DNA of 14,349 nucleotides from a virus (Duplodnaviria; Heunggongvirae; Uroviricota; Caudoviricetes): IMG/VR virus record IMGVR_UViG_3300011947_000002, positions 64,001 to 78,349 of that record; one strand, 5' to 3'. Shown piece by piece: positions 14,209 to 14,349 of this stretch (position 1 is its first letter; each line of letters starts with the position of its first letter). The notes under the pieces were generated by a model. It saw only the letters and a program-made list of their open reading frames with translations, ran no database searches and was not told where the DNA came from. The position numbers and the translations under genes were made by a program.

Positions 14209-14349
14209 ATGAAAAATGTTGTTTTTCTCACTGGGGCAGGGTTAAGTAAAGAGTCTGGTATTGATACATTCCGTGATGTGGTGAATGGTCGATGGAATCA
14301 ATTCGACTTGAATGAAGTATGTACATATAGCGCGTGGCTAAAAAATCCA
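14209..14349 (+). CDS. cobB: Sir2/CobB-family NAD-dependent deacylase, 3'-truncated
   Basis: Own translation: MKNVVFLTGAGLSKESGIDTFRDVVNGRWNQFDLNEVCTYSAWLKNP; contains the GAGxSxxSGIxTFR sirtuin signature followed by a CobB-like GxW...P segment. Confidence 0.9.
   Translation, partial: MKNVVFLTGAGLSKESGIDTFRDVVNGRWNQFDLNEVCTYSAWLKNP

Noticed and set aside
1-14349. tRNA genes, CRISPR array, integrase/transposase, introns
   Set aside because: No cloverleaf-compatible GC-rich segments, no regularly spaced repeats and no recombinase or homing-endonuclease motifs were seen; the gaps are short and explained by promoters and terminators

Overview
AT-rich (roughly 30% GC by spot counts), densely packed DNA of small genes with no bacterial housekeeping genes, most consistent with an accessory region of a large or jumbo lytic myovirus. 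It uses host sigma70-type early promoters (TTTACA/TTGACA-N17-TGnTAnnnT) and at least one T4-type late promoter (TATAAATA). Most genes are + strand hypotheticals. Recognisable products are an ERI-1/KapD-like DEDDh 3'-5' exonuclease (13041-13583), the 5' end of a CobB/Sir2 sirtuin (14209-end), a MazG-like all-alpha NTP pyrophosphatase overlapping a stand-alone ~184-aa class II aminoacyl-tRNA synthetase (SerRS-like) catalytic core (9783-10959), and a probable R-S-E ADP-ribosyltransferase (1445-2059, minus strand). The MazG/mini-aaRS pair is the best candidate for an uncharacterised system. The ART ends a four-gene minus-strand operon under a late promoter whose products all carry T4-like capsid-targeting N-termini. 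A ~340-bp non-coding region (4276-4613) with a 96% AT tract and two GCGAAGC mini-hairpins looks like a replication origin. A TGTA-N0/2-TACA palindrome recurs at promoters. No tRNA, rRNA, CRISPR array, integrase or transposase was seen. Family assignments come from motif recognition only, without database searches.
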